From the IMG/VR virus record IMGVR_UViG_3300013132_000028, positions 32,001-96,000 of that record: DNA of 64,000 nt; one strand, given 5' to 3'. A program made the position numbers and the translations under genes. The stretch is from a virus. This document shows, in pieces, positions 1 to 15,227 of this stretch (within the stretch, counting starts at the first letter, position 1; each line of letters starts with the position of its first letter). The notes under the pieces were generated by a model, which was given only the letters and a program-made list of their open reading frames with translations, was not told the origin of the DNA and searched no databases.

Positions 1-1
1 C

Positions 2-382
2 TTGTGGATTAAAGTAAAAAACACCGTTATCGTAGAAGTCGCCAATTTCTGGAAGCCAAGGCTGGTCGGTCACATCTACAATTGTGGGACTGCTCTGCAG
101 GGCTGCAGAAAGTCGCTCTGTTGCCATGAGAGCCTCTACCACGGCTCCATCTATGACTATGACTACAAAACGCTGTCCTGGTATTGTCGGTGGCTTGTGT
201 CTATCTCGTGGTAGGCCTAGCGTCGGCGGCTGCTGCGCGACTGTAGCTGTTGTTGCGCCGACCTGCGGCATGTTAAGCGGCAGTGGCGCAGGTTTCCCTT
301 CCGCGGCTGCTTTTCTCGCGAGAGCTGCTTGCAACTCTGCAGAATCAAGCACAGAAAAACCGTTGTTGTTTGTATTATTCAT
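2..382 (-). CDS. Hypothetical protein, possible tail-fibre assembly/accessory protein (runs off the window)
   Basis: Not in the ORF track because it has no stop in the window. Its ATG overlaps the upstream TGA (ATGA, 379-382). Manual translation MNNTNNNGFS...VIVIDGAVVEALMATERLSAALQSSPTIVDVT...IGDFYDNGVF stays open to the edge. Confidence 0.65.
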   Translation of the reverse strand, partial: MNNTNNNGFSVLDSAELQAALARKAAAEGKPAPLPLNMPQVGATTATVAQQPPTLGLPRDRHKPPTIPGQRFVVIVIDGAVVEALMATERLSAALQSSPTIVDVTDQPWLPEIGDFYDNGVFYFNPQ

Positions 383-654
383 GACTGCACCTGAGGATTG
401 TTGTTTCCGTAGTCGCTAACGTTTACGGCTAGCCACTTGGGTGGGTCTAACGGACACTGGGCGTGCGGCAACTTTGTTTTGGCCGGCATAAAGCAACCAC
501 ACTTGGTGCACTGCTTAGTCAGGCCAATAAAGTGTGGACAACCTTTGCAGATTTCCATTCGATCGACTTGTAGTTGTTCTTCTACACGTCCATACTTGCT
601 CATGAACAAATCCCACGGTCTAGCGGGCTTTGGCTTGAATGCGTCCTCAGTCAT
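379..654 (-). CDS. Small Cys-rich metal-binding protein (DUF6171-like)
   Basis: RMEICKGCPHF...QCTKCGCFMPAKTKLPHAQCP..KW pattern; RBS AGGGAG upstream. Confidence 0.7.
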   Translation of the reverse strand: MTEDAFKPKPARPWDLFMSKYGRVEEQLQVDRMEICKGCPHFIGLTKQCTKCGCFMPAKTKLPHAQCPLDPPKWLAVNVSDYGNNNPQVQS

Positions 655-710
655 TTAGTCTCCCTGTCTTTTTAGTGTACGTCGTAGTGGTAATACCATA
701 TCGCACAGCA

Positions 711-5909
<5,199 letters not shown>

Positions 5910-5916
5910 GTTGCTA

Positions 5917-5925
5917 AGTGTACCA
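5917..5925 (-). promoter_or_regulatory. Putative extended -10 (TGG TACACT) driving a leaderless transcript of the 1732-aa gene
   Basis: TACACT lies 7 nt before the GTG start at 5909; no SD. Confidence 0.5.
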
Positions 5926-5960
5926 GAGAGTAGTCGTCAGTGCGTCCATGAAGCGCGGCC

Positions 5961-7430
5961 TCAGTTGCTAAACCAGATTAAAATGTCTCCCGCCCTGGCG
6001 GAGCCAGGGTAGCTGTTGGAGTTGTTGTAGAAGATTCTGTTGTTCAACGTGCCGGGAGAGGAGCCGTTGAAGTAGCCGGCCGTGCCGGTGCCGCCGCCGC
6101 CGTTTACCAGCACTACGTTGCTGCTTTCATTGTCGTATCCGAGTGCGAAGTACCGCGCGGTATCTACTTCTTTTATGGATTCTGGGTTCATGTCATTAGT
6201 TATTATTTTCATCACGCCTGCTGCCAGTATTAGCACGCCCGCCTGTTCTTCCGGGTCCTCCGATTGCGAAGAACCAGACGCCGATATGTAGGTCTGGTCG
6301 CCTAGGAGATCGATCTGCGGTGAAAATATAGTGGCGTACCTGCTGCTTCCATACTTAGTTGTTGCTATGTAGTTCTGTGCTGCGTAGTCGTCGCCAGCGT
6401 CATCCGAGTACATGTAGGCTCCGTCATTCTCGGCAAGAATCACTCTAGGGCCAGCCAGGCCTGTGCCAGACTGTAGACGGATTACTGGAAGGTTTCCGCC
6501 AGAAGGATTCTCAGACTCTCCTACAGTTTCCGTGGTCTGCTCCAGCGCGCCGACGAAGGTTCCATTTCGATAAAAGTTTACCTTGTCATTTGTGGCTAGC
6601 TCAATGCGGGTGCCGCCGGCGGAGGTCCTTATCGTCTTACCGGTAATGGTGTTGCCCGTGATGTTCTCGGCCTGCACGCTGTCCGCGATGATCGAGCGGC
6701 CGGCGATGACGTCCGCGCCCATCTGGCCGGCGAGAATCTTGTCTGCCGCCACTGTGCCGGCGTACACCACTCCGGCGGCCAGGGTGCCCGCGGTGATCTT
6801 TCCGGCGTTCAGTCCCGCGATCGCGCCGTCGCCGAAGGTCGCCGGGACCCACTGCGGCACCTTGACCGTGCCGCCCGACGGGATGAAGTCCGGGTCCCAC
6901 TTGTACGGCTTGTTGCCGTCGTCCGTGTCGAACCAGAGGTCGCTCTTTCGCAGGCTGTAGGAGACGGTGCCCGGGCCGCCTGGGTTTGGCACCGTGGACG
7001 GATTGCCAGGCGCGCTGTTTTGGTAGAAGACGCGGTTTGAGTTGTTCGCGGCGACACTCGCGGCGTTGGCAGCGACCAGCGCAGCCTGCCCGGCCTCGTT
7101 GACCAGTGGCTTCCAGGCGTCAAACGGCGTGCTGTCTTCTTCGCTGGGCGCGTATACTTTTTCCTCGTACTGCCCGTCTGAGTTTGCCTTGAGCCAGGTG
7201 TCTCCCTCGTTTACGTCGCTCGGGTCTGGAGCGTCGTCGCTGATTATGGTACCGGACGCAGATACGGTGTCTCTTATGTCGGCGGCGTCGTCTGGGTCGA
7301 GCAGCGCCGCCGTGATGTACCTCGGCGCGATTCTCTTTACGGACGGCCTGCGCTCTATGTCTCGTAGGCGTGAGTCGACCGCGGTCAGCAGCGCGCCTAG
7401 GTTTGCTCTGCGAGTTCTTCTAATCGCCAA
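5961..7430 (-). CDS. Minor tail protein / tail fibre
   Basis: N-terminal coiled coil (RLRDIERR), DLWFDTDDGNKPYKW, ITAGTL/ITGNTI beta-repeats; follows the tail-tip genes. Confidence 0.75.
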   Translation of the reverse strand: MAIRRTRRANLGALLTAVDSRLRDIERRPSVKRIAPRYITAALLDPDDAADIRDTVSASGTIISDDAPDPSDVNEGDTWLKANSDGQYEEKVYAPSEEDSTPFDAWKPLVNEAGQAALVAANAASVAANNSNRVFYQNSAPGNPSTVPNPGGPGTVSYSLRKSDLWFDTDDGNKPYKWDPDFIPSGGTVKVPQWVPATFGDGAIAGLNAGKITAGTLAAGVVYAGTVAADKILAGQMGADVIAGRSIIADSVQAENITGNTITGKTIRTSAGGTRIELATNDKVNFYRNGTFVGALEQTTETVGESENPSGGNLPVIRLQSGTGLAGPRVILAENDGAYMYSDDAGDDYAAQNYIATTKYGSSRYATIFSPQIDLLGDQTYISASGSSQSEDPEEQAGVLILAAGVMKIITNDMNPESIKEVDTARYFALGYDNESSNVVLVNGGGGTGTAGYFNGSSPGTLNNRIFYNNSNSYPGSARAGDILIWFSN

Positions 7431-9450
7431 CTCTGTCCACCGCCCCTTCTACTTCTAGCTGTAGGTCTACTTTTTCTGGAAAGTTGGTTCCGTCTGGTAC
7501 GGTTACTTTTACTTTTTGTATTTTGCGCACCAGTACTGTGTCTCTGGGCTCCAGGTCGCTTGCCAGACGCATGAGCACAAAGTCGTCGTCTATGATTATG
7601 GTGCACCAGTCTCCGGGTGCGTAGCTGCCGACCACTGGTGTCACCGAGCCGTTTACCTCTATCTTAATGTTAGAGATCGGTGGTCTGGACTCTTCTAAAA
7701 AGGTCTGGGCGTACGTGGCCAGAGTTCCTTCGTCTCCGGTGTCGTTTAGGCTCTCCACCTCTTCTAGCAGCGGCCACCCCGCGTTGAGTAGGTCGTAGGC
7801 AGACGCGGCCGAGTACGGCTGGCTTACGTCGCCGCCTAGGTCGCCTATGTTGCCCTTTACCCACATTCTAGTCGCGGCTCCTTCCGCGGTCTCGTCCATG
7901 CTCACGCTGGTGATGTTGCCAGGCCACTCGAATATGAACTCGTCTGAGATCAGACGAATTGGGTCGTCCGTCTCCATCTCTGCCGTCGTCAGCGTGCTCA
8001 GTATGTTTATCGGTCTTAGGACCAGCGTTTTCTTAAAAGTTTTTGTGGTGGCGTCGTAGCTGCAGTCAATTCTGTACTCAAAGCCGTCAATTTGATTGGA
8101 GTATTTTTCCAGCTCTTCTCCCAGCATACGTACCTCGAAGCCTCTAAAATTTGTGTTTGCCACTCTGCTTCCGCTGTATGCCTCCGTCGAAAACTCTATG
8201 CCCACGTCGGTGTTTGACAAAAATGGTCCGTATGAGTCGTAGATGAGCCTCGGCCTGGTGGACGCGGTGGCGAGCGTCGGCGTGGTGCTGAGTTTAAGCT
8301 CTGGAATGGTGTCAATCACGTACCTAAAGGTCGTTGCGTTTGGTACGCCGTCTACCACGTACTTTCCGTCAAGGTCAACCTGCGTAGTCGTGTTGCCAGG
8401 CGAGGCACCGGTGACGCCGCCAGCGCCGGCAATAGTTACTACGTGACCCGGCTGCAGGCCGTGCGGTGCGGACGTAGTCATAGTTACGTAGGTCAGAGCC
8501 AGTGCCTTAGTGGCTATCGGTATTACTCTTTCGGTTGTGGTCGTGTTTGGCACAGCCGCTCCAGCTTTTACAAAAGTAATACTTTGCGGTGTTGGGATGC
8601 TTGTTACGTTGTAGTAACCGTCTAGCTCCGCTATTCCAGAGACTTCTACGGTCTGTCCAGGTATAACACCGTGCCTGGTCGTGGTTGTGACTGTCGCGGT
8701 TGCTGTAGTCTTGGAGTAGCTCGCTATGTCTACGTCGAACTGTTGGCCAGGCTCTATCTCGTCGTTTGGAAACGAGGTTGACTGCAGGTCGCTGAGAACG
8801 GCCTGGACCAGAGTTCTGGTGTAGTCGTACGTGTCTGCTCGTACGTACACCGTGAGGTCCGGGTCGGTCAAGCTCACGCCTGCAAGGAGTGGTACGTCTA
8901 CGGTAAAGCTGGTAGTGGTCGGCGCGGGCGACGAGTTTATTGTGTAGTAGCCACTGGCCTTGACGGTGTTTACTGGGTTTAGCTGCCCAAAAAATATGCG
9001 CACGGAGGACCCTGCCTGAAAGCCTGATGGGTACGTCATGGCATTTTTCAGCGTCACTGTCGCTACTCCGCCTGAGATTTGCGCAGAGGCGCTGAAGTCG
9101 TGCGTCCAGGTTTTCCAGATGGCCCTGTGCTGTAGGTACTTGGTGAACTCTACGGCGGTCACTGCCAGGCTGAAGTCGGCCGCTTTGTACGACCTGCTCC
9201 AGACTATTCCGCCCCAGACGCAGTCGTCGTTGCGCATGACGTACAGGCCGCAGCGCCCTGGCATGGTGTTCTCGTACAGGTCCAGACCGTTGGTGGTTTG
9301 TATGGCGGGAATGGTTCCCGTAAAAGTGCCAGCAGTGCGTATGGCGCGTTCAAAACTTACGCCCTTGAAGGGAATCTCGGCGAGTACGTCCTGCGTCAAG
9401 AGGTCAGTGGTGAAGTACCGGTAGCTTGGCTTAGAGTTGTCTACTGGCAT
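7420..9450 (-). CDS. Minor tail (baseplate hub/Tal-like) protein with inserted beta-barrel repeats
   Basis: YRYFTTDLLT..LAEIP, CVWGGIVW, EWPGNI, GWPLLE; second gene after tape measure; T..HG..PG..V.I.G repeats. Confidence 0.8.
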   Translation of the reverse strand: MPVDNSKPSYRYFTTDLLTQDVLAEIPFKGVSFERAIRTAGTFTGTIPAIQTTNGLDLYENTMPGRCGLYVMRNDDCVWGGIVWSRSYKAADFSLAVTAVEFTKYLQHRAIWKTWTHDFSASAQISGGVATVTLKNAMTYPSGFQAGSSVRIFFGQLNPVNTVKASGYYTINSSPAPTTTSFTVDVPLLAGVSLTDPDLTVYVRADTYDYTRTLVQAVLSDLQSTSFPNDEIEPGQQFDVDIASYSKTTATATVTTTTRHGVIPGQTVEVSGIAELDGYYNVTSIPTPQSITFVKAGAAVPNTTTTERVIPIATKALALTYVTMTTSAPHGLQPGHVVTIAGAGGVTGASPGNTTTQVDLDGKYVVDGVPNATTFRYVIDTIPELKLSTTPTLATASTRPRLIYDSYGPFLSNTDVGIEFSTEAYSGSRVANTNFRGFEVRMLGEELEKYSNQIDGFEYRIDCSYDATTKTFKKTLVLRPINILSTLTTAEMETDDPIRLISDEFIFEWPGNITSVSMDETAEGAATRMWVKGNIGDLGGDVSQPYSAASAYDLLNAGWPLLEEVESLNDTGDEGTLATYAQTFLEESRPPISNIKIEVNGSVTPVVGSYAPGDWCTIIIDDDFVLMRLASDLEPRDTVLVRKIQKVKVTVPDGTNFPEKVDLQLEVEGAVDRVGD

Positions 9451-9499
9451 TGGTCTGTCCCCTTCTCTCTAGTGTGTGTCGGTCGTCTTGCCCGTGCGT

Positions 9500-10441
9500 T
9501 TAACCCAGCCAGCCAGACCGATAGTAGATACCCAGTTTGGCTGTGCTCGCAGAGTTGTTTGTCTCGTACACTTTTATCACGTTTGTACCCGGCACGAGCA
9601 TAATCCAGTCCACCAGAGCGTCTAAGTACGAGCGCGCACCGTTAGTGTCGTAGAAGGACTCGTCGCTCACCTTGCTCAGCGCGGCCTCGTGGTCTCTGGT
9701 GTCTAGCTCGAGTATGTTGTCGGACGTCAGTGCCTTCCTGGTTGTGATCTGTTGCTCGAGAGGATGGCTGCTGTTTATTATTACTACAGAGTTTGTGGTT
9801 GGCCCGCTCAGCTGTAGTATGCAGGGTACCTCTGCGTTTCCAGTGTTGTTTATGGTTATCGTCGCCGGACTAGCAGGCGTGCCGCCAAGCAGCGGTGTCT
9901 CGTCGTAGCGGTAGCCGTCGATGTCTAGGTCGTACCATTCGTACTTGACGGGGTCTGCCGCTCGCAGACCGACGTCAAACTCTGTTCGTCCTCTGGCGTT
10001 TACCGTTTTAATGTTTGGAGCTCCGCTTAGTCGTACGTACGAGGCTTTTGTCGGTCCCTCTTCCGTCTTTAACCAAGCTCCGGTGTAGACTAAGTTAGTC
10101 GCGCTGATTAGCATGTCTCTGGCGTACGCCACCTGAGACGGGTTTTGTGGTAGAAAAGCGCCCTTCAGTGTTATTTGTCTGGCCTTGTACCGTCCAAATA
10201 CTTCGTACGAGCCGTCTGCGTAGCCTCTGTCCAGGTCGGGAACGTCGGTGTCTGGGTGCGACCACCAGCCTTCTATGTCGGTGACAACCCAGATCACTCC
10301 GTTGTCGTCTATGGTGTTCAGTTTGAGGTCGCCTAGACGTATGTCTCCGTCCAGCTTCATGCCCGTTTTTATCGGCGGTGATACAGGCGAGAGCGCGTTG
10401 TTTACTAGGTAGTTTTCTTCTTTTTGGCTACGCGTGGTCAT
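9500..10441 (-). CDS. Distal tail protein (Dit-like)
   Basis: Directly after tape measure; ARQITLKG, LRAADPVKY, LVPGTN, terminal RSGW. Start set at ATG 10441. Confidence 0.8.
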   Translation of the reverse strand: MTTRSQKEENYLVNNALSPVSPPIKTGMKLDGDIRLGDLKLNTIDDNGVIWVVTDIEGWWSHPDTDVPDLDRGYADGSYEVFGRYKARQITLKGAFLPQNPSQVAYARDMLISATNLVYTGAWLKTEEGPTKASYVRLSGAPNIKTVNARGRTEFDVGLRAADPVKYEWYDLDIDGYRYDETPLLGGTPASPATITINNTGNAEVPCILQLSGPTTNSVVIINSSHPLEQQITTRKALTSDNILELDTRDHEAALSKVSDESFYDTNGARSYLDALVDWIMLVPGTNVIKVYETNNSASTAKLGIYYRSGWLG

Positions 10442-10442
10442 T

Positions 10443-13400
10443 TTATATTCCTCCACGTCTCATTTGAAACGCAATTTGTCTTGACACCAACGAGGCCAGC
10501 TCTGATTCGTCCATGCCCTCGGAAGGGTACACGTTTATCGTCGCGCCTGACCCCTGGCCGCCCGAGATCATCTCTATGATTGCACGGTCGCGCTTTGACA
10601 GTCCGTCCTCGTCCAGTGGCTCTACGCGCTCCGGTCGTCCGGCCTCGCCTATCCTCGCTAGAGTACCGCCTGGTGTCGGTCTTACGATTCCGCCCTGTGC
10701 CAGTGTTGGTATGTTCGGCGTGTCCAGCGTGAAGCCTTTGCCTCTCAGGAACGGAACTATGAAGTCGGGCGGAAAGCGCGCTTCAAGTCTAAATGCGTTC
10801 CACTTGTTGATAATGTAGTTCAGCGCGTCTTTGAAGCTGTTCTTAAAGCTCACCCAAAGATTGCTTGCGGCGCTGGCTATGCGTCCGGGTAGGCCCTTCA
10901 CCCATCCGACTAAGTTGTCAAAATTGCTTTTTACCGCTGCTATGGCCGTTCTCAGCTTGTCGCCTATCCAGTCCCACAGTTTCTTACCTATTTCAACAAG
11001 TTTACCTGGCAGTCCTCTTATGAAGTCAAACACTGCGCTCCACGCCGCGATGTACAGCTGCACAGCTATCTTGAACTTGTCTACTATCCAGTCCCAAATT
11101 TTTCCTGCAATTTCACCTAGCTTGGCAGGCAGTCCTTTTATGAAGTCAAATATCTCGGTCCACGCCAGGATGTATGCCTGCACGATTATCTTGAACTTGT
11201 CTACTATCCAGTCCCACAGTTTGCCGGCTAGCTCCGCGAGCTTGGCAGGCAAATTTTTGAAGAACTCCGTTATCGTGTCCCAGTTCTTGATGATTGCTAA
11301 TATCGCCAGGCCTATGGGTCCGGTCAAGATGGCCAGCACGACTGGCCAGTTTTCTTTCAGCCAGCCTATGAACTTTGCAATCGCTTCTTTGATCTTGTCC
11401 CAGTTTGAAATGATGAGAGGCAGAAGCAGCAGGATTATTCCGATCGGCCCGCCCAACATCGCAAGACCGCGTCCTACGGCGCTCAGTCCTCTGCCGGCTA
11501 TTGTGCCGGCCGTGCCTAGTGCGCTCAGCGCTCCGGCTTTCATTCTTGACGCGACTGTTGCTTTTTGTATTGGAACTATTGCGGCTGCGGAGGCGGTGCC
11601 GGTCGCTTTGATTCCGACGGCAGCTCTCTGTCCTGCCGTGCCGACGGCTTCCATTGCTGTCTTTTTCTGCGCGTCTACTATGAGCTGCTTCTTTAGCTCT
11701 GTGCGCGTTAGGCCAGAGCTCTTAGTTACATTGTCAAACGGTCTTTTTCCAGCTATGGCCCCAAATATCCCGAGCAGTGCTTGAACTTTTTTTATTACGA
11801 AAAGAATTGAGCCAGCGACTGCTTTGCCAAAGAACGTTACGGCAGTAATTATTAAACCTAGCGCCAGGGTAATTGCCTTAAATTTTCCAGTAAACTCTAA
11901 AATTTTTGCGCCTATCTCACTGCCAAAAATTTTATTTAGCAGCCCCAGCGCGTCTTTGAGGATGTTGAAAAACAGTTGAATCGCGCCGGACTCTGTGGTT
12001 AGCCGCACGAACTTGGCAAACTCTGTTAGGAAACCGGCAAATGCAGGTCCTGCTTTTAAGGCTTCTATGCCTGCCTTGGTGAACTCCTGAACTACCGGCT
12101 CGAGAGCTCTTAAGAATATGCCTAGGTTTGGGTCTGCGCCCAGCTTTAAGAAGCCCTTTAGAATTTCGTTTAGTAGCGAGCCTAGTGCGAGAAAGTTTGT
12201 TGCCGAGTCGTCAAAAAACTTTTTTAGGCCGGCTTGGTTTTCAGGTCCCTTTGCGTATTTTTCAAAGTCCTCTGCGGATTTTTTTAGCCCATTGAGCACC
12301 GTGTCGATTGCGTCTGAGGCCGGCTTGGCCAGCGCCTTTAGACCGCCAAATACGGCGCCAAATATGTCGCCAAATGTCGCTAGTCGGTCGCCTGCTTTGT
12401 TAAACGTCTCTGTTAGTTTGCCTGTCTCCCTGTTTATTTCGGCAGTTTCTTTCCATCCCCTGGTCAGGGTTTCTACCCACGTAAAGAAGCGACGTATGAG
12501 CGGGTCAGCTGCTATTAGCAGCTCGCTGAACAGTCCAATCAAATTTTCTAGTATCTTGCCAAACTTTTCTATGACAAACACGTTTGTGTCGGAGATTAGC
12601 TCAAAGTTTTTTAGCTGTCTTTGTGTAGCTAGGAAGTTTAGCAGACTCTCTCCGGCCCTGCCTAGAGCTCCGGCCGTGTCTCCTACTATCTTCTTGAAAG
12701 TTTCTTCGCCTGCAGTAACTAGATTTTTTAGCCCGCGTGTGAACGGAGTAAAAAACTCTGTGGCAGCTATTTCATTCAGCTCTTTGAACAGAGGCTTGAG
12801 TCCGACTATAAACTTGACAAACTCCTGTGCGGCTTTTGGCAGGTTAGCAAGTGCGTTTTGATATTCGTTAACTTGTTTATTTGAGTTTTTTACGGCGTCT
12901 GCTAGTCGCTCTTCTGCGTCTCGTACTGCATCCTGCGCGTCTTTAAGTTCCCACGCCTGGTCTCTGACCATGCGGGCAAGCATAAGTTCTTCGCGGAATA
13001 TGTCTTGTTGTTTTTTCGCAAGTCTTTCTTTTACCGCGGCTTCTTCCTGTTTTGCATCTACAACTTCTTTGGTTCCTTCTACGCCGGCTAATTGTGCTTT
13101 TTCATTTTCAGCTTGCAGTTTTTTATTTGTGTCGGTGGCACGGCGAAATGCTAGCTCTGCCTCTTTGAACTGTAGTTCTGCTTCTCGACGCGCTCTACTG
13201 TTTGGTGGCAGGTCCTGCACTCTTGCGAGAGCTTCTCTTGCTTTTTCTAGGCTTATTCCAGCGCCCTCTTGCTTTAGTGCTGCGTCTTCTGCGCTGAATG
13301 CAAGTTCTTCGAGGGCACGTTTGCCGTCTATGTATGCCTGTGTTACTCTCTTTTGCGCTTCTGCCGCTTCTTTTTCTATTTCGATTAACTCTTCTTTTGA

Positions 13401-13988
13401 CTCGGCCAGTCTCTCCTCTGCGTCCGTGAGAGACTCTGCTTGTCTGGTTTCTGTGCGCGCTAGAGCTTCTTTTGCTTTTTGTACACCTTGCTGTGCGTCT
13501 CGTATTGCTTTTTTGGCGTTGTCTGCCCCTTCTTTCGTAGGCTTAAGTCCCAGCTTGATTGCCTCGCCTACGCCCTTGAACGCCAGCTTAAGCGCGATGG
13601 CAGACTGAGCTATTGCAGTTAGCGCGCTTGGAATTAGTATAAGCGCGGGAAGAGTCTGACCGGCGGCAGTACTGAGCAGGAATAGTCCAGTAACTAACGC
13701 TCCAATCGAGCCCACTAGCAGTACGATTACTTGACCTAGTGAGTAGCCTATCCTAATTAGCCTATTAAATTTTGTTCTCGCTGCTTCTGCTTCTTTTGCA
13801 AACTTTGAACCAAAAAGTCCGCCGCCGCGTGTGCTGGAGCTTTGAAAGGCGCGGCCGAAGGCGGTACCGCTTTCGTCTCCAGCGTCAAAACCTACACTCC
13901 GCGCGCCGCTAAACGCGCGAGCAATGTCGTCTTCTACGCCTGTTGTGACTGCACGTACGACAACGTACGCATCGCCTACTATGGCCAT
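10443..13988 (-). CDS. Tape measure protein
   Basis: 1181 aa, VGDAYVVVR N-terminus, long coiled coils, W/F-periodic repeats, C-terminal GEAGRPERVEPL; follows the tail chaperones. Confidence 0.93.
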   Translation of the reverse strand: MAIVGDAYVVVRAVTTGVEDDIARAFSGARSVGFDAGDESGTAFGRAFQSSSTRGGGLFGSKFAKEAEAARTKFNRLIRIGYSLGQVIVLLVGSIGALVTGLFLLSTAAGQTLPALILIPSALTAIAQSAIALKLAFKGVGEAIKLGLKPTKEGADNAKKAIRDAQQGVQKAKEALARTETRQAESLTDAEERLAESKEELIEIEKEAAEAQKRVTQAYIDGKRALEELAFSAEDAALKQEGAGISLEKAREALARVQDLPPNSRARREAELQFKEAELAFRRATDTNKKLQAENEKAQLAGVEGTKEVVDAKQEEAAVKERLAKKQQDIFREELMLARMVRDQAWELKDAQDAVRDAEERLADAVKNSNKQVNEYQNALANLPKAAQEFVKFIVGLKPLFKELNEIAATEFFTPFTRGLKNLVTAGEETFKKIVGDTAGALGRAGESLLNFLATQRQLKNFELISDTNVFVIEKFGKILENLIGLFSELLIAADPLIRRFFTWVETLTRGWKETAEINRETGKLTETFNKAGDRLATFGDIFGAVFGGLKALAKPASDAIDTVLNGLKKSAEDFEKYAKGPENQAGLKKFFDDSATNFLALGSLLNEILKGFLKLGADPNLGIFLRALEPVVQEFTKAGIEALKAGPAFAGFLTEFAKFVRLTTESGAIQLFFNILKDALGLLNKIFGSEIGAKILEFTGKFKAITLALGLIITAVTFFGKAVAGSILFVIKKVQALLGIFGAIAGKRPFDNVTKSSGLTRTELKKQLIVDAQKKTAMEAVGTAGQRAAVGIKATGTASAAAIVPIQKATVASRMKAGALSALGTAGTIAGRGLSAVGRGLAMLGGPIGIILLLLPLIISNWDKIKEAIAKFIGWLKENWPVVLAILTGPIGLAILAIIKNWDTITEFFKNLPAKLAELAGKLWDWIVDKFKIIVQAYILAWTEIFDFIKGLPAKLGEIAGKIWDWIVDKFKIAVQLYIAAWSAVFDFIRGLPGKLVEIGKKLWDWIGDKLRTAIAAVKSNFDNLVGWVKGLPGRIASAASNLWVSFKNSFKDALNYIINKWNAFRLEARFPPDFIVPFLRGKGFTLDTPNIPTLAQGGIVRPTPGGTLARIGEAGRPERVEPLDEDGLSKRDRAIIEMISGGQGSGATINVYPSEGMDESELASLVSRQIAFQMRRGGI

Positions 13989-14021
13989 TTATCTCACCTC
14001 CCCGTCGTCTTGGTAAGTTTA

Positions 14022-14480
14022 CTAGTTTAGCGGTGGCTCCAGCGCTGCGCTGAGCGCGTCTTCCGTGAGAAGCGTTGGCCGTAGGTACGGCTTAGTTGCT
14101 TCTTTCTTGTCTGTCTTCTTAAGATCGTATTGAACTTCGTCTGGGATGTCAAAGTCCTTTAGACGATCTTTGCCCACGCGCCCAGACGCCTCGGTACTGC
14201 TGGTACCCTGCAAAGCGTAGTTGTACTTCTTTTCGTACAAATCTCTGTAGAGTAGCTGCCGCATCGTGCTCCGTGACTCCGCCTGTTCGGCTGACGAGTA
14301 TGTAACGTCTGTCTCTAGTATAAAATGAATTACGTCCAGCATGTCTGACGTTTCCATTTCTGCTAGTCTTAATCCGCTCATTAGGGCTTTTCCGTTTACG
14401 TATGGCCAGAGGTCTATGCACCAGTCGAGGAGGCCTCTGGCCCCGGCATAGGGCGGTTTGAGTACTCCTCCACTAGCCAC
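14022..14480 (-). CDS. Tail assembly chaperone T frame (probably expressed as a G-T frameshift fusion)
   Basis: Overlaps the upstream chaperone in the -1 frame, immediately before tape measure. Confidence 0.65.
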   Translation of the reverse strand: MASGGVLKPPYAGARGLLDWCIDLWPYVNGKALMSGLRLAEMETSDMLDVIHFILETDVTYSSAEQAESRSTMRQLLYRDLYEKKYNYALQGTSSTEASGRVGKDRLKDFDIPDEVQYDLKKTDKKEATKPYLRPTLLTEDALSAALEPPLN

Positions 14481-14770
14481 GCGACAATGTCGCCTAGCGT
14501 TTCCATTTTTACAATCGTGTCCGCACTGTCTATTAGCGCCTGGAAGCGGGTGTTGTCTTCTGCCTGTAGCACTCTTTCAAAGAAGTTGAAGACCATCTGT
14601 GCGGTCTCGGCTGGCTTGCTGTCGTCTGACTTTGAGATCAGCTCTAGCATAACTTTTCCCTGAATTGCTGGTTTGCAATTGAAGGTTTGTCCGTGTAGCT
14701 TGAATGACAACGGTGCGGCAGACTCTAGCCCGCCTGTTCCGAAGTCTCTGTACCTTGGTGTATTAGTCAC
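14414..14770 (-). CDS. Tail assembly chaperone (G)
   Basis: Position and size; ends LVEEYSNRP. Confidence 0.75.
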   Translation of the reverse strand: MTNTPRYRDFGTGGLESAAPLSFKLHGQTFNCKPAIQGKVMLELISKSDDSKPAETAQMVFNFFERVLQAEDNTRFQALIDSADTIVKMETLGDIVAWLVEEYSNRPMPGPEASSTGA

Positions 14771-14837
14771 TTTTTACCTTTCGTCTATTTCGATGGTTGT
14801 CTTTAGCTTGGCCTCTTGGCTTTGCCATACTGCAGAG

Positions 14838-15224
14838 CTATAGTATCAAACGTAAGTTACGGCTTAGGAAACGATTTGGCTTAGTTCCTGGGTGCATGAC
14901 GGCGTGTGCGTAGAACACTTTTCCGCCCTTTGTGTACTTGAGTACACTTTTTCTATCCGGCCGTATTAAATGCGGTCTAGTGCCGCGGTGGTGGTCCCAG
15001 GCGTAGTCCAGCGGAGAGCCTACGCGTATGAACTGTCCCCGAGCGTCCCTGCGGTGCTGCAAGTGTATGGAAGCTCTAAGTGCTCCCGTCTCTACGCCTA
15101 CCTGAGTCTTGGCTGCAGTTCTTATTAGCTCACCGCGACGTTTTAGGTACCTTCCAGTGTCGCCGGTTGGGTTGTTTAGCATCTTGTCCATTTCGGCTTT
15201 TCTGGCAACAAATACGGTTGGCAT
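14838..15224 (-). CDS. HK97 gp10-like head-tail / tail completion protein
   Basis: VETGALRASI, YA..HH.GT.PH.I.P, HPGTKPNRFL. Confidence 0.8.
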   Translation of the reverse strand: MPTVFVARKAEMDKMLNNPTGDTGRYLKRRGELIRTAAKTQVGVETGALRASIHLQHRRDARGQFIRVGSPLDYAWDHHRGTRPHLIRPDRKSVLKYTKGGKVFYAHAVMHPGTKPNRFLSRNLRLIL

Positions 15225-15227
15225 TTT

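Noticed and set aside
15025-15060. HRRDARGQF in the gp10-like protein as a fourth copy of the head tag
   Set aside because: Lies mid-domain in a neck protein without the preceding cleavage-like motif; may be coincidental
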